Both the position numbers and the translations under genes were made by a program. Positions 12,686-25,821 of a stretch of DNA of 64,000 nt are shown here, one piece after another. The stretch's first letter is position 1; the number at the start of each line of letters is the position of its first letter. The DNA lies in contig JAUCBJ010004507.1 of assembly GCA_032718475.1 (NCBI GenBank), forward strand, positions 34,704 through 98,703, read 5' to 3'. This DNA comes from Nemertoderma westbladi (Eukaryota > Animalia > Xenacoelomorpha). A model generated the notes under the pieces. That model worked only from the letters and a program-made list of their open reading frames with translations, did no database searches and was not told the origin of the DNA.

Positions 12686-15600
12686 AAAGAGAGAAGGTTT
12701 TCACTTAGCGGCAACCAGTGCAGTATAAGTGTGAAGGAAAGCGAGAAGGTTTTTCACTTAGCGGTAACCAGTGCAGTATAAGTGTGAAGGAAAGAGAGAA
12801 GGTTTTCACGTAGCGGCAACCAGTGCAGTATATGTGTGAAGGAAAGAGAGAAGGTTTTCACTTAGCGGCAACCAGTGCAGTATAAGTGTGAAGGAAAGCG
12901 AGAAGGTTTTTCACTTAGCGGTAACCAGTGCAGTATAAGTGTGAAGGAAAGAGAGAAGGTTTTCACGTAGCGGCAACCAGTGCAGTATATGTGTGAAGGA
13001 AAGAGAGAAGGTTTTCACTTAGCGGCAACAAGTGCAGTATAAGTGTGAAGGAAAGAGAGAAGGTTTTCACTTAGCGGTAACCAGTGCAGTATAAGTGTGA
13101 AGGAAAGAGAGAAGGTTTTAACTTAGCGGCAACCTGTGCAGTATAAGTGTGAAGGAAAGAGAGAAGGTTTTTCACTTAGCGGTAACCTGTGCAGTATAAG
13201 TGTGAAGGAAAGAGAGAAGGTTTTTCACTTAGCGGTAACCTGTGCAGTATAAGTGTGAAGGAAAGAGAGAAGGTTTTTCACTTAGCGGTAACCTGTGCAG
13301 TATAAGTGTGAAGGAAAGAGAGAAGGTTTTAACTTAGCGGCAACCAGTGCAGTATAAGTGTTAAGGAAAGAGAGAAGGTTTTAACTTAGCGGCAACCTGT
13401 GCAGTATAAGTGTGAAGGAAAGAGAGAAGGTTTTAACTTAGCGGCAACCAGTGCAGTATAAGTGTGAAGGAAAGAGAGAAGGTTTTAACTTAGCGGCAAC
13501 CAGTGCAGTATAAGTGTGAAGGAAAGAGAGAAGGTTTTAACTTAGCGGCAACCTGTGCAGTATAAGTGTGAAGGAAAGAGAGAAGGTTTTTCACTTAGCG
13601 GTAACCTGTGCAGTATAAGTGTGAAGGAAAGAGAGAAGGTTTTCACGTAGCGGCAACCAGTGCAGTAAAAGTGTGAAGGAAAGAGAGAAGGTTTTAACTT
13701 AGCGGCAACCTGTGCAGTATAAGTGTGAAGGAAAGAGAGAAGGTTTTTCACTTAGCGGTAACCTGTGCAGTATAAGTGTGAAGGAAAGAGAGAAGGTTTT
13801 TCACTTAGCGGTAACCAGTGCAGTATAAGTGTGAAGGAAAGAGAGAAGGTTTTCACGTAGCGGCAACCAGTGCAGTATATGTGTGAAGGAAAGAGAGAAG
13901 GTTTTCACTTAGCGGCAACAAGTGCAGTATAAGTGTGAAGGAAAGAGAGAAGGTTTTCACTTAGCGGTAACCAGTGCAGTATAAGTGTGAAGGAAAGAGA
14001 GAAGGTTTTAACTTAGCGGCAACCTGTGCAGTATAAGTGTGAAGGAAAGAGAGAAGGTTTTAACTTAGCGGCAACCAGTGCAGTATAAGTGTGAAGGAAA
14101 GAGAGAAGGTTTTAACTTAGCGGCAACCAGTGCAGTATAAGTGTGAAGGAAAGAGGGAAGGTTTTTCACTTAGCGGTAACCAGTGCAGTATAAGTGTTAA
14201 GGAAAGAGAGAAGGTTTTAACTTAGCGGCAACCTGTGCAGTATAAGTGTGAAGGAAAGAGAGAAGGTTTTAACTTAGCGGCAACCAGTGCAGTATAAGTG
14301 TGAAGGAAAGAGAGAAGGTTTTAACTTAGCGGCAACCAGTGCAGTATAAGTGTGAAGGAAAGAGAGAAGGTTTTAACTTAGCGGCAACCTGTGCAGTATA
14401 AGTGTGAAGGAAAGAGAGAAGGTTTTTCACTTAGCGGTAACCTGTGCAGTATAAGTGTGAAGGAAAGAGAGAAGGTTTTCACGTAGCGGCAACCAGTGCA
14501 GTAAAAGTGTGAAGGAAAGAGAGAAGGTTTTAACTTAGCGGCAACCTGTGCAGTATAAGTGTGAAGGAAAGAGAGAAGGTTTTTCACTTAGCGGTAACCT
14601 GTGCGTGCAGTATAAGTGTGAAGGAAAGAGAGAAGGTTTTAACTTAGCGGCAACCAGTGCAGTATAAGTGTGAAGGAAAGAGAGAAGGTTTTAACTTAGC
14701 GGCAACCAGAGCAGTATAAGTGTGAAGGAAAGAGAGACGGTTTTCACGTAGCGGCAACCAGTGCAGTATAAGTGTGAAGGAAAGAGAGAAGGTTTTAACT
14801 TAGCGGCAACCAGTGCAGTATAAGTGTGAAGGAAAGAGAGAAGGTTTTCACGTAGCGGCAACCAGTGCAGTATAAGTGTGAAGGAAAGAGAGAAGGTTTT
14901 AACTTAGCGGCAACCAGTGCAGTATAAGTGTGAAGGAAAGAGAGAAGGTTTTAACTTAGCGGCAACCAGTGCAGTATAAGTGTGAAGGAAAGAGAGAAGG
15001 TTTTTCACTTAGCGGTAACCAGTGCAGTATAAGTGTGAAGGAAAGAGAGAAGGTTTTAACTTAGCGGCAACCAGTGCAGTATAAGTGTGAAGGAAAGAGA
15101 GAAGGTTTTCACTTAGCGGTAACCAGTGCAGTATAAGTGTGAAGGAAAGAGAGAAGGTTTTAACTTAGCGGCAACCAGTGCAGTATAAGTGTGAAGGAAA
15201 GAGAGAAGGTTTTAACTTAGCGGCAACCAGTGCAGTATAAGTGTGAAGGAAAGAGATAAGGATTCACTTAGCGGCAACCAGTGCAGTATAAGTGTGAAGG
15301 AAAGAGAGAAGGTTTTCAATTAACGGCAACCAGTGCAGTATAAGTGTGAAGGAAAGAGAGAAGGTTTTCACTTAGCGGCAACCAGTGCAGTATAAGTGTG
15401 AAGGAAAGAGAGAAGGTTTTCACTTAGCGGCAACCAGTGCATTATAAGTGTGAAGGAAAGAGAGAAGGTTTTAACTTAGCGGCAACCAGTGCAGTATAAG
15501 TGTGAAGGAAAGAGAGAAGGTTTTCACTTAGCGGCAACCAGTGCAGTATAAGTGTGAAGGAAAGAGAGAAGGTTTTCACTTAGCGGCAACCAGTGCAGTA

Positions 15601-18600
15601 TACGTGTGAAGGAAAGAGGGAAGGTTTTAACTTAGCGGCAACCAGTGCAGTATACGTGTGAAGGAAAGAGGGAAGGTTTTAACTTAGCGGCAACCAGTGC
15701 AGTATAAGTGTGAAGAAAAGAGAGAAGGTTTTAACTTAGCGGCAACCAGTGCAGTATAAGTGTGAAGGAAAGAGATAAGGATTCACTTAGCGGCAACCAG
15801 TGCAGTATAAGTGTGAAGGAAAGAGAGAAGGTTTTAACTTAGCGGCAACCAGTGCAGTATAAGTGTGAAGGAAAGAGATAAGGATTCACTTAGCGGCAAC
15901 CAGTGCAGTATACGTGTGAAGGAAAGAGGGAAGATTTTAACTTAGCGACAACCAGTGCAGTATACGTGTGAAGGAAAGAGGGGAGGTTTTAACTTAGCGG
16001 CAACCAGTGCAGTATAAGTGTGAAGGAAAGAGAGAAGGTTTTAACTTAGCGGCAACCAGTGCAGTATAAGTGTGAAGGAAATAGATAAGGATTCACTTAG
16101 CGGCAACCAGTGCAGTATAAGTGTGAAGGAAAGAGAGAAGGTTTTAACTTAGCGGCAACCAGTGCAGTATAAGTGTGAAGGAAAGAGATAAGGATTCACT
16201 TAGCGGCAACCAGTGCAGTATAAGTGTGAAGGAAAGAGAGAAGGTTTTAAATTAACGGCAACCAGTGCAGTATAAGTGTGAAGGAAAGAGAGAAGGTTTT
16301 CACTTAGCGGCAACCAGTGCAGTATAAGTGTGAAGGAAAGAGAGAAGGTTTTCACTTAGCGGCAACCAGTGCAGTATAAGTGTGAAGGAAAGAGAGAAGG
16401 TTTTAACTTAGCGGCAACCAGTGCAGTATAAGTGTGAAGGAAAGAGAGAAGGTTTTAACTTAGCGGCAACCAGTGCAGTATACGTGTGAAGGAAAGAGGG
16501 AAGGTTTTCACTTAGCGGCAACCAGTGCCGTATAAGTGTGAAGGAAAGAGAGAAGGTTTTAACTTAGCGGCAACCAGTGCAGTATACGTGTGAAGGAAAG
16601 AGGGAAGGTTTTAACTTAGCGGCAACCAGTGCAGTATAAGTGTGAAGGAAAGAGAGAAGGTTTTAAATTAACGGCAACCAGTGCAGTATAAGTGTGAAGG
16701 AAAGAGAGAAGGTTTTCACTTAGCGGCAACCAGTGCAGTATAAGTGTGAAGGAAAGAGAGAAGGTTTTCACTTAGCGGCAACCAGTGCAGTATACGTGTG
16801 AAGGAAAGAGGGAAGGTTTTAACTTAGCGGCAACCAGTGCAGTATACGTGTGAAGGAAAGAGGGAAGGTTTTAACTTAGCGGCAACCAGTGCAGTATAAG
16901 TGTGAAGGAAAGAGAGAAGGTTTTAACTTAGCGGCAACCAGTGCAGTATAAGTGTGAAGGAAAGAGATAAGGATTCACTTAGCGGCAACCAGTGCAGTAT
17001 AAGTGTGAAGGAAAGAGAGAAGGTTTTAACTTAGCGGCAACCAGTGCAGTATAAGTGTGAAGGAAAGAGATAAGGATTCACTTAGTGGCAACCAGTGCAG
17101 TATACGTGTGAAGGAAAGAGGGAAGGTTTTAACTTAGCGGCAACCAGTGCAGTATACGTGTGAAGGAAAGAGGGGAGGTTTTAACTTAGCGGCAACCAGT
17201 GCAGTATAAGTGTGAAGGAAAGAGAGAAGGTTTTAACTTAGCGGCAACCAGTGCAGTATAAGTGTGAAGGAAAGAGATAAGGATTCACTTAGCGGCAACC
17301 AGTGCAGTATAAGTGTGAAGGAAAGAGAGAAGGTTTTAACTTAGCGGCAACCAGTGCAGTATAAGTGTGAAGGAAAGAGATAAGGATTCACTTAGCGGCA
17401 ACCAGTGCAGTATAAGTGTGAAGGAAAGAGAGAAGGTTTTAAATTAACGGCAACCAGTGCAGTATAAGTGTGAAGGAAAGAGAGAAGGTTTTCACTTAGC
17501 GGCAACCAGTGCAGTATAAGTGTGAAGGAAAGAGAGAAGGTTTTCACTTAGCGGCAACCAGTGCAGTATAAGTGTGAAGGAAAGAGAGAAGGTTTTAACT
17601 TAGCGGCAACCAGTACAGTATAAGTGTGAAGGAAAGAGAGAAGGTTTTAACTTAGCGGCAACCAGTGCAGTATACGTGTGAAGGAAAGAGGGAAGGTTTT
17701 CACTTAGCGGCAACCAGTGCCGTATAAGTGTGAAGGAAAGAGAGAAGGTTTTAACTTAGCGGCAACCAGTGCAGTATACGTGTGAAGGAAAGAGGGAAGG
17801 TTTTAACTTAGCGGCAACCAGTGCAGTATAAGTGTGAAGGAAAGAGAGAAGGTTTTAAATTAACGGCAACCAGTGCAGTATAAGTGTGAAGGAAAGAGAG
17901 AAGGTTTTCACTTAGCGGCAACCAGTGCAGTATAAGTGTGAAGGAAAGAGAGAAGGTTTTCACTTAGCGGCAACCAGTGCAGTATACGTGTGAAGGAAAG
18001 AGGGAAGGTTTTAACTTAGCGGCAACCAGTGCAGTATACGTGTGAAGGAAAGAGGGAAGGTTTTAACTTAGCGGCAACCAGTGCAGTATAAGTGTGAAGG
18101 AAAGAGAGAAGGTTTTAACTTAGCGGCAACCAGTGCAGTATAAGTGTGAAGGAAAGAGATAAGGATTCACTTAGCGGCAACCAGTGCAGTATAAGTGTGA
18201 AGGAAAGAGAGAAGGTTTTAACTTAGCGGCAACCAGTGCAGTATAAGTGTGAAGGAAAGAGATAAGGATTCACTTAGTGGCAACCAGTGCAGTATACGTG
18301 TGAAGGAAAGAGGGAAGGTTTTAACTTAGCGGCAACCAGTGCAGTATACGTGTGAAGGAAAGAGGGGAGGTTTTAACTTAGCGGCAACCAGTGCAGTATA
18401 AGTGTGAAGGAAAGAGAGAAGGTTTTAACTTAGCGGCAACCAGTGCAGTATAAGTGTGAAGGAAAGAGATAAGGATTCACTTAGCGGCAACCAGTGCAGT
18501 ATAAGTGTGAAGGAAAGAGAGAAGGTTTTAACTTAGCGGCAACCAGTGCAGTATAAGTGTGAAGGAAAGAGATAAGGATTCACTTAGCGGCAACCAGTGC

Positions 18601-20637
18601 AGTATAAGTGTGAAGGAAAGAGAGAAGGTTTTAAATTAACGGCAACCAGTGCAGTATAAGTGTGAAGGAAAGAGAGAAGGTTTTCACTTAGCGGCAACCA
18701 GTGCAGTATAAGTGTGAAGGAAAGAGAGAAGGTTTTCACTTAGCGGCAACCAGTGCAGTATAAGTGTGAAGGAAAGAGAGAAGGTTTTAACTTAGCGGCA
18801 ACCAGTACAGTATAAGTGAGAAGGAAAGAGAGAAGGTTTTAACTTAGCGGCAACCAGTGCAGTATACGTGTGAAGGAAAGAGGGAAGGTTTTCACTTAGC
18901 GGCAACCAGTGCCGTATAAGTGTGAAGGAAAGAGAGAAGGTTTTAACTTAGCGGCAACCAGTGCAGTATACGTGTGAAGGAAAGAGGGAAGGTTTTAACT
19001 TAGCGGCAACCAGTGCAGTATAAGTGTGAAGGAAAGAGAGAAGGTTTTAAATTAACGGCAACCAGTGCAGTATAAGTGTGAAGGAAAGAGAGAAGGTTTT
19101 CACTTAGCGGCAACCAGTGCAGTATAAGTGTGAAGGAAAGAGAGAAGGTTTTCACTTAGCGGCAACCAGTGCAGTATACGTGTGAAGGAAAGAGGGAAGG
19201 TTTTCACTTAGCGGCAACCAGTGCCGTATAAGTGTGAAGGAAAGAGAGAAGGTTTTAACTTAGCGGCAACCAGTGCAGTATACGTGTGAAGGAAAGAGGG
19301 AAGGTTTTAACTTAGCGGCAACCAGTGCAGTATAAGTGTGAAGGAAAGAGAGAAGGTTTTAAATTAACGGCAACCAGTGCAGTATAAGTGTTAAGGAAAG
19401 AGAGAAGGTTTTCACTTAGCGGCAACCAGTGCAGTATAAGTGTGAAGGAAAGAGAGAAGGTTTTCACTTAGCGGCAACCAGTGCAGTATAAGTGTGAAGG
19501 AAAGAGAGAAGGTTTTAACTTAGCGGCAACCAGTGCAGTATAAGTGTGAAGGAAATAGAGAAGGTTTTAACTTAGCGGCAACCAGTGCAGTATACGTGTG
19601 AAGGAAAGAGGGAAGGTTTTAACTTAGCGGCAACCAGTGCAGTATAAGTGTGGAGGAAAGAGAGAAGGTTTTAACTTAGCGGCAACCAGTGCAGTATACG
19701 TGTGAAGGAAAGAGGGAAGGTTTTAACTTAGCGGCAACCAGTGCAGTATACGTGTGAAGGAAAGAGGGAAGGTTTTAACTTAGCTGCAACCAGTGCAGTA
19801 TAAGTGTGAAGGAAAGAGAGAAGGTTTTAACTTAGCGGCAACCAGTGCAGTATAAGTGTGAAGGAAAGAGAGAAGGTTTTCACTTAGCGGCAACTAGTGC
19901 CGTATAAGTGTGAAGGAAAGAGAGAAGGTTTTCACTTAGCGGCAACCAGTGCAGTATAATTGTGAAGGAAAGAGAGAAGGTTTTAACTTAGCGGCAACCA
20001 GTGCAGTATACGTGTGAAGGAAAGAGGGAAGGTTTTAACTTAGCGGCAACCAGTGCAGTATAAGTGTGAAGGAAAGGGAGAAGGTTTTAACTTAGCGGCA
20101 ACCAGTGCAGTATAAGTGTGAAGGAAGGAGATAAGGTTTTAACTTAGCGGCAACCAGTGCAGTATAAGTGTGAAGGAAAGAGATAAGGTTTTAACTTAGT
20201 GGCAACCAGTGCAGTATAAGTGTGAAGGAAAGAGAGAAGGATTCACTTAGCGGCAACCAGTGCAGTATAAGTGTGAAGGAAAGAGAGAAGGTTTTAACTT
20301 AGCGGCAACCAGTGCAGTATAAGTGTGAAGGAAAGAGAGAAGGTTTTAACCTAGCGGCAACCTGTGTAGTATAAGTGTGAAGGAAAGAGAGAAGGTTTTA
20401 ACTTAGCGGCAACCAGTGCAGTATAAGTGTGAAGGAAAGAGAGAAGGTTTTAACTTAGCGGCAACCAGTGTAGTATAAGTGTGAAGGAAAGAGAGAAGGT
20501 TTTCACTTAGCGGCAACCAGTGCAGTATAAGTGTGAAGGAAAGAGATAAGGATTCACTTAGCGGCAACCAGTGCAGTATAAGTGTGAAGGAAAGAGAGAA
20601 GGTTTTAACTTAGCGGCAACCAGTGCAGTATAAGTGT
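12686..20637. repeat. 52-bp minisatellite (AAGGAAAGAGAGAAGGTTTTAACTTAGCGGCAACCAGTGCAGTATAAGTGTG)n
   Basis: 51-53-bp periodicity over about 8 kb, with higher-order duplications at 836 and 1192 bp offsets. Confidence 0.98.
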
Positions 20638-20859
20638 AGATAGAGTAACGTCCACAAAGAAGCAGCCATTTTTCTAGTACATATATGCCAAATTTCAGAT
20701 GAAATGGAATAAAATCAAGGAAATCGTGGAAGGTTTTCACTTTCAGACATTTCTGTAAGTAGGTTAGGTTCTTGCCCAGGACACCGGTGGTATCATTAGA
20801 TAAAGAGTTTGTTTTGTTGGCTGGACCTATGTAAGTGACCAAATGGAATCAAAAGAAAA

Positions 20860-22020
20860 AGACCTGAAGCACCAGGGATTGATTGCTGTGCCGTTCGAAA
20901 AGGGGAATGGATACTGTGTGATGAGGAAGGAGTCATTCCTCGCCCGGGCTGACACGCTTATTGCTGACCCTACTAAGTTTGGTCCCCCACTGGGTCACCC
21001 CAGTGCTGTTAAGATTGATATCTACCGTCGGAGGGCGGAGGTTATTCGTGACGAGGTCATCAGTATTGTGGGGAAGGAGAGTAAGGAACTCCGAGCAAGG
21101 CTATTGCCTCGCAAGGATACCACTCCGCCAAGGCTGTATGGCCTTGCCAAGGTCCACAAGGCTGGTGTCCCCCTACGTCCAATAACCTCCATGCCCGGCA
21201 GCATTTGTCATCCTATCGCGGAGTTCCTCAGAGACATGCTGCCCGAAGGAAAGATATCGACTAACAGTGCTGGAGCTGCCAGTCTTCTCGCTGAACTGGA
21301 TGTACAACCCACGGACCGTCTCTACTCACTGGACGTTGTGAGTTTATTCACTAACGTCCCACTGAGGGAGGCGGTGCAGCTTGCTACTGATCTACTGTAT
21401 GAGCAACATCCTGACACCCAGCCAATCAGCAAGGTCCAATTTCTTCGTCTGCTACCAAGGATGTTGTATTCCTAGATCACCATGGCAACTACGTCTGTCA
21501 GAAAGATGGTGTCGCTATGGGGTCCCCTTTGGGTCCCATACTCGCCAACATCTTTCTCTCACAGTTCGACGAGCAGATCACTGTGGGGACCAAGCTTAGT
21601 ACGAGGTAGGTCGATGACGTGTTCAGTGTTGGAAGTAACGACCCCACTGAGAATTTGAGGGAGGTCAATGACCTCCATCCGAATCTCAAGTTTACACTTG
21701 AGTTGGAGGATCAGGGTCGCTTGTCCTTTCTCGATATGGATGTGACACGTACGAGTCACGCACTTTCAACAAGCCGCAAGCCTACAGATACTGGACTCGT
21801 CCTGAATGCTACTGCGTGCGCCCCTGAGTCATACAAACGCGGTGTGGTTCGTGGTATGTTCCATGTGACTCAGGGACTGAAGTGCCAGCGGTGGTTCCCA
21901 CTGAGGTCATTGACCTTGATGGCAACGTGCCGGCTGACAGTTCCAGGCCCATTATCTGTAAGTTTTAGTACCGTGGCCGGGCAACCGACCTCTTTGTTCG
22001 AATCTTGCGTGGTCTCATAT
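20860..22020 (+). mobile_element. Decayed Penelope-like element reverse transcriptase fragment
   Basis: Motifs KGN, PRLYGLAKVHKAGVPLRPI, SLDVVSLFTNVP, QKDGVAMGSPLGPILANIF, R*VDD (stop in place of the Y of YVDD), HPNLKFTLE, LSFLD, RKPT. Frameshift near 21460; no GIY-YIG domain seen; GC-richer than flanks. Confidence 0.9.
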
Positions 22021-22821
22021 TCAGGTTAATAAATGATATAATATATCAGGTTAATAAACTGGAAACACCAGTAAACATTATAAAAAATTCATTTCGCGGA
22101 AAGTTACCATCACCCCATCATCATTGGTGACATGATCTAAGGACATGCAATTCCTTCAATTATCCTACCGGCTTACGATACATGTATATGTAGCAGTTTA
22201 GGCGTATCTTTGACCCCCGTCAAATGCCATATCGATGACTGATGCATCGTCACTGGTCTTAAATATGATTTATAAATTAAATTTAGGCCTCAAGGGAGTT
22301 CTGACACAGAACAGATATGTATTATTTATCTCTAAAACATTCCATCACCAACGAAAATGTTTATAAGTATAATTATTATAGGCTTCCAATTACCACTAAA
22401 ACTATTAAATTTGGTTGAGATTTATAAAAGTCGTACTAAACTGTATAAAAATGTCATCCGTATTACATTATCTATTGAACATTACTGTAAAATCTGAAAT
22501 TATGTTCCAATAAATTATTATCCATTGAGCATTGGCGCTTTTGTGTGTTCTCGGAGATCATAGTCCAAGGAAGCAGTATCGGCCTCTTTATGTGTTCTAG
22601 GCACATGGTGGCGGACATGGACAGCAAGTGAAAAGTGATCTCCATTGCAAATTTACCACATTTTAAATGTCCGCAAGTTTTGTTTATTGTTTTGGTTATA
22701 CTAAACCGCCACTGTAAACTGCTAATTTCCCTTAATGTACTAAAATAATTTAAATCAATTTTTTATGCCACTAAACGCATGTGTTTGCGGCCATTTTGCG
22801 CCAGTAAGTTGTTCTAGTAGA

Positions 22822-24588
22822 TCATTGCCCATTGAGTATTGGCATTTTAGAATCGGTTCTTTTTCGAGAAGTTAATCTTGTGAAGAGTTCATGCAGGGTA
22901 CTTCTCAAAACCTTGTTCCGCAGGGCATAAAGGATTGGATTGAATGTTGCATTGGCGTAAACGAGCCAAACGGGTATATCGAAAGAATAACACCGCGATA
23001 TGTCATCTTTCCAATGTACAACCCAAGAGATGGTGTACGGGATTTGGCATATTATATAAACTGTTACTAATATCACAATCGTATGCGCAACTCTGCGGTC
23101 CCGATTGAATCGGTTTTGGAGTTTACGTTGTTGCCTGATTACACCGGGTGGTTGACTGGTAAGTTCTGCAATCTCAAATGTGTCTGTTCGATATCTATGG
23201 CCTTTCTTGTCTGATAGCCTTGTTAATCCATAATTTTCTTCAGTGGGATCATTTGATGTCGACTTGTTTCTTCGTAGTGTCCCAGGCCAAGCATACTCCA
23301 CAATGTCTTCCATGTCATCATTATCAACTACAATGTTGTCTTCTTGTAAAACCTTCTCCCTTAATGACATCCATTCTAAAACATCATCTTCACCTGAAGG
23401 CAATGCTTTTACCAACAGAGTAACTTGTCGAAGTCGAATAGTAACATCATTCATCATATCTTCTATGAAATCACCTTCATTAACATATATTACTTTATTT
23501 GTAAGGAAGTTATACTGCGCGCTGCTTTCCCTTGCCCCAATGGGTTCTTCCTCTTGTTCCTGTTCCATAGGTTTTGATATTTCCTGTGCAATATTATTTT
23601 CCTCATCACCTTCTCCGAGTATATTTATGGTGGAGACCGCCCGATCGTGTGGGCGTGATTTGTGAGATCTATATCTAACTCGAGGAGATCCGCTCATCCT
23701 ATGTCCGAGATTCTGAAGCTGCTTTGTAAACATAAAACTACTTCTCTTTGGCAATCTTTCTGTTGTGGCTGCCGCCACCGGCTGACTTTGTGAGGCAACA
23801 ATATTTGGAAAGATTGGTGGGGGTGTTGTTGGGAAGGAATGGCGGTTGAGTTTCAGTGCATTCCTATGTATGGCGAGGTAGACTCCTCTGTTAAGTATAA
23901 CAAGAATTATTAGAGGGAAGTAAGTGAATGTTACTGCGGCTATCCCTCGAAAAACCCCATTCTCAATCCACTCTTCTCTGCAACCTTTACTTATCGCAGG
24001 GCTGGAGGGTTCACTACCCGCTGCTATATAAATCGCATTCCAGAATACTGTTGGTATCCCATATACTATTAGAGGTATAACCCAACTGGAAGCTAACAGG
24101 GAGCCAATCACGGTGTATTTACGTCGGTATGTGTGCAATCGTGTGATACACATGTAGCGGTCAAAGGTAATCACGCATATGGTGAGACCACCGGCGGAAG
24201 TGCAAACGTAATCGCAGATCAACCATAACTTGCACCAACCAATCGGGGCTGCGTATGAGCAATCGTTTAAGAACAGCTTCGATACGTAACTGTAAGGTGC
24301 CACTACTAGAGACACAACGAAATCAGCGCATGCCAGTGATAGTATCGGTAGTTTACCTAATGTTCGCAGTCGTTTTTCGTAAACGAATGCCGTGATTACT
24401 GAGCCATTAGTGAAGATCGCTGTTAATGTTAAAGGTACAGCTATCGCTAGAATTATCCATTTGCCCAAGTATGTGTATGAGCAGAATTCTTCTGTATTTG
24501 TGACATTTATTTGGTTGCACGTGTACCCTTGGACTTCGTGTGGCGTTGTGTTGGCATTAAGGTTCAACATTCTGTCCATGTCCACCAA
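22822..24588 (-). CDS. Class A (rhodopsin-like) GPCR, aminergic muscarinic/histamine-H3-like, single-exon ORF, 588 aa
   Basis: Seven hydrophobic segments; TM2 SLACAD, TM3 CKLWLICDY..., FDRY, TM7 WLVYANATFNPILYAL; N-terminal glycosylation sequons; very long third intracellular loop. Confidence 0.93.
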   Translation of the reverse strand: MVDMDRMLNLNANTTPHEVQGYTCNQINVTNTEEFCSYTYLGKWIILAIAVPLTLTAIFTNGSVITAFVYEKRLRTLGKLPILSLACADFVVSLVVAPYSYVSKLFLNDCSYAAPIGWCKLWLICDYVCTSAGGLTICVITFDRYMCITRLHTYRRKYTVIGSLLASSWVIPLIVYGIPTVFWNAIYIAAGSEPSSPAISKGCREEWIENGVFRGIAAVTFTYFPLIILVILNRGVYLAIHRNALKLNRHSFPTTPPPIFPNIVASQSQPVAAATTERLPKRSSFMFTKQLQNLGHRMSGSPRVRYRSHKSRPHDRAVSTINILGEGDEENNIAQEISKPMEQEQEEEPIGARESSAQYNFLTNKVIYVNEGDFIEDMMNDVTIRLRQVTLLVKALPSGEDDVLEWMSLREKVLQEDNIVVDNDDMEDIVEYAWPGTLRRNKSTSNDPTEENYGLTRLSDKKGHRYRTDTFEIAELTSQPPGVIRQQRKLQNRFNRDRRVAHTIVILVTVYIICQIPYTISWVVHWKDDISRCYSFDIPVWLVYANATFNPILYALRNKVLRSTLHELFTRLTSRKRTDSKMPILNGQ

Positions 24589-24872
24589 AATACTGCATGC
24601 ACCTTTTACATTAGTATAAACAGTTCAGTTCATGACATTAATAATTCTAGAAAGTACCAATATTATGTACTCAATAATTTAATATGTACCGTTAATATTA
24701 TTTATCACTATTAATATCAACTACTTATTAAGTCCTCCAAGAGTGTGGGGCGAGCCTTGGAGTCTGTGAGTCCAGAGGCGTAGCGAGGGGGAGGGGACGT
24801 TCCCCCCGGGCACTCTCACCCAGGGGCGCTAAAATGTCAGGGAATTCTTGTAAAAATAGGACAAATCAGTGA

Positions 24873-25501
24873 AAAGTCAGGGATTGTGATACTGTATTTG
24901 TGTCATAAAGTCAGGAATTGTGATACTCTATTTGTGTCATAAAGTCAGGGATTGTGATACTGTATTTGTGTCAGGGATTGTGATACTGTATTTGTGTCAG
25001 GGATTGTGATACTGTATTTGTGTCAGGGATTGTGATACTGTATTTGTGTCATAAAGTCAGGGATTGTGATACTGTATTTGTGTCAGGGATTGTGATACTG
25101 TATTTGTGTCAGGGATTGTGATACTGTATTTGTGTCAGGGATTGTGATACTGTATTTGTGTCATAAAGTCAGGGATTGTGATACTGTATTTGTGTCAGGG
25201 ATTGTGATACTGTATTTGTGTCAGGGATTGTGATACTGTATTTGTGTCATAAAGTCAGGGATTGTGATACTGTATTTGTGTCAGGGATTGTGATACTGTA
25301 TTTGTGTCAGGGATTGTGATACTGTATTTGTGTCATAAAGTCAGGGATTGTGATACTGTATTTGTGTCATTAGTCAGGGATTGTGATACTGTATTTGTGT
25401 CATAGTCAGGGATTGTGATACTGTATTTGTGTCATAAAGTCAGGGATTGTGATACTGTATTTGTGTCATTAGTCAGGGATTGTGATACTGTATTTGTGTC
25501 A
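24873..25501. repeat. Mixed 26/34-bp minisatellite (GTCAGGGATTGTGATACTGTATTTGT with or without GTCATAAA)
   Basis: Direct periodicity with two interspersed unit lengths. Confidence 0.95.
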
Positions 25502-25589
25502 TTCAACTCATTAGCAAATATGTGGAAAACCTTTTTCTCTGCTCGTTTCGCTCGCCATTCAATATATTATAAGTGCACTGTGCTGGCTT

Positions 25590-25710
25590 GTCGACAAAAT
25601 TGCGCCGCCACAACTCCCTATCACCCCTGACATTTGCTAGATCATCCGCATCTTCAAGGCCAGTGTCCTTTAAGATTCGTCTCAAGAAAGTCATGGGCTG
25701 TCCACCTATG
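25590..25710 (-). mobile_element. Short 3'-terminal fragment of an RTE-type LINE
   Basis: GGQPMTFLRRILKDTGLEDADDLANVRGDRELWR resembles RTE C-termini, including GRPAITYIDQLERDTEL...NREAWK of the RTE in this window. Confidence 0.55.
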
Positions 25711-25821
25711 TAATAAATTATACTGTTAGATATATAATTTTTTAGAAAAAAACATCATAAATTAAATGTTAAAATTATTGGAGAGGGGGAGTGGCGGGGG
25801 GGGGGGGGGGATTATCTCAGC

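Noticed and set aside
1-20637. Arrays as CRISPR-like repeats
   Set aside because: Units are directly adjacent with no unique spacers, there are no cas genes, and the context is eukaryotic.
23178-24714. Short ORFs antisense to the GPCR, and similar short ORFs over the RT genes and arrays
   Set aside because: They are shadow frames or repeat translations with no recognisable motifs.
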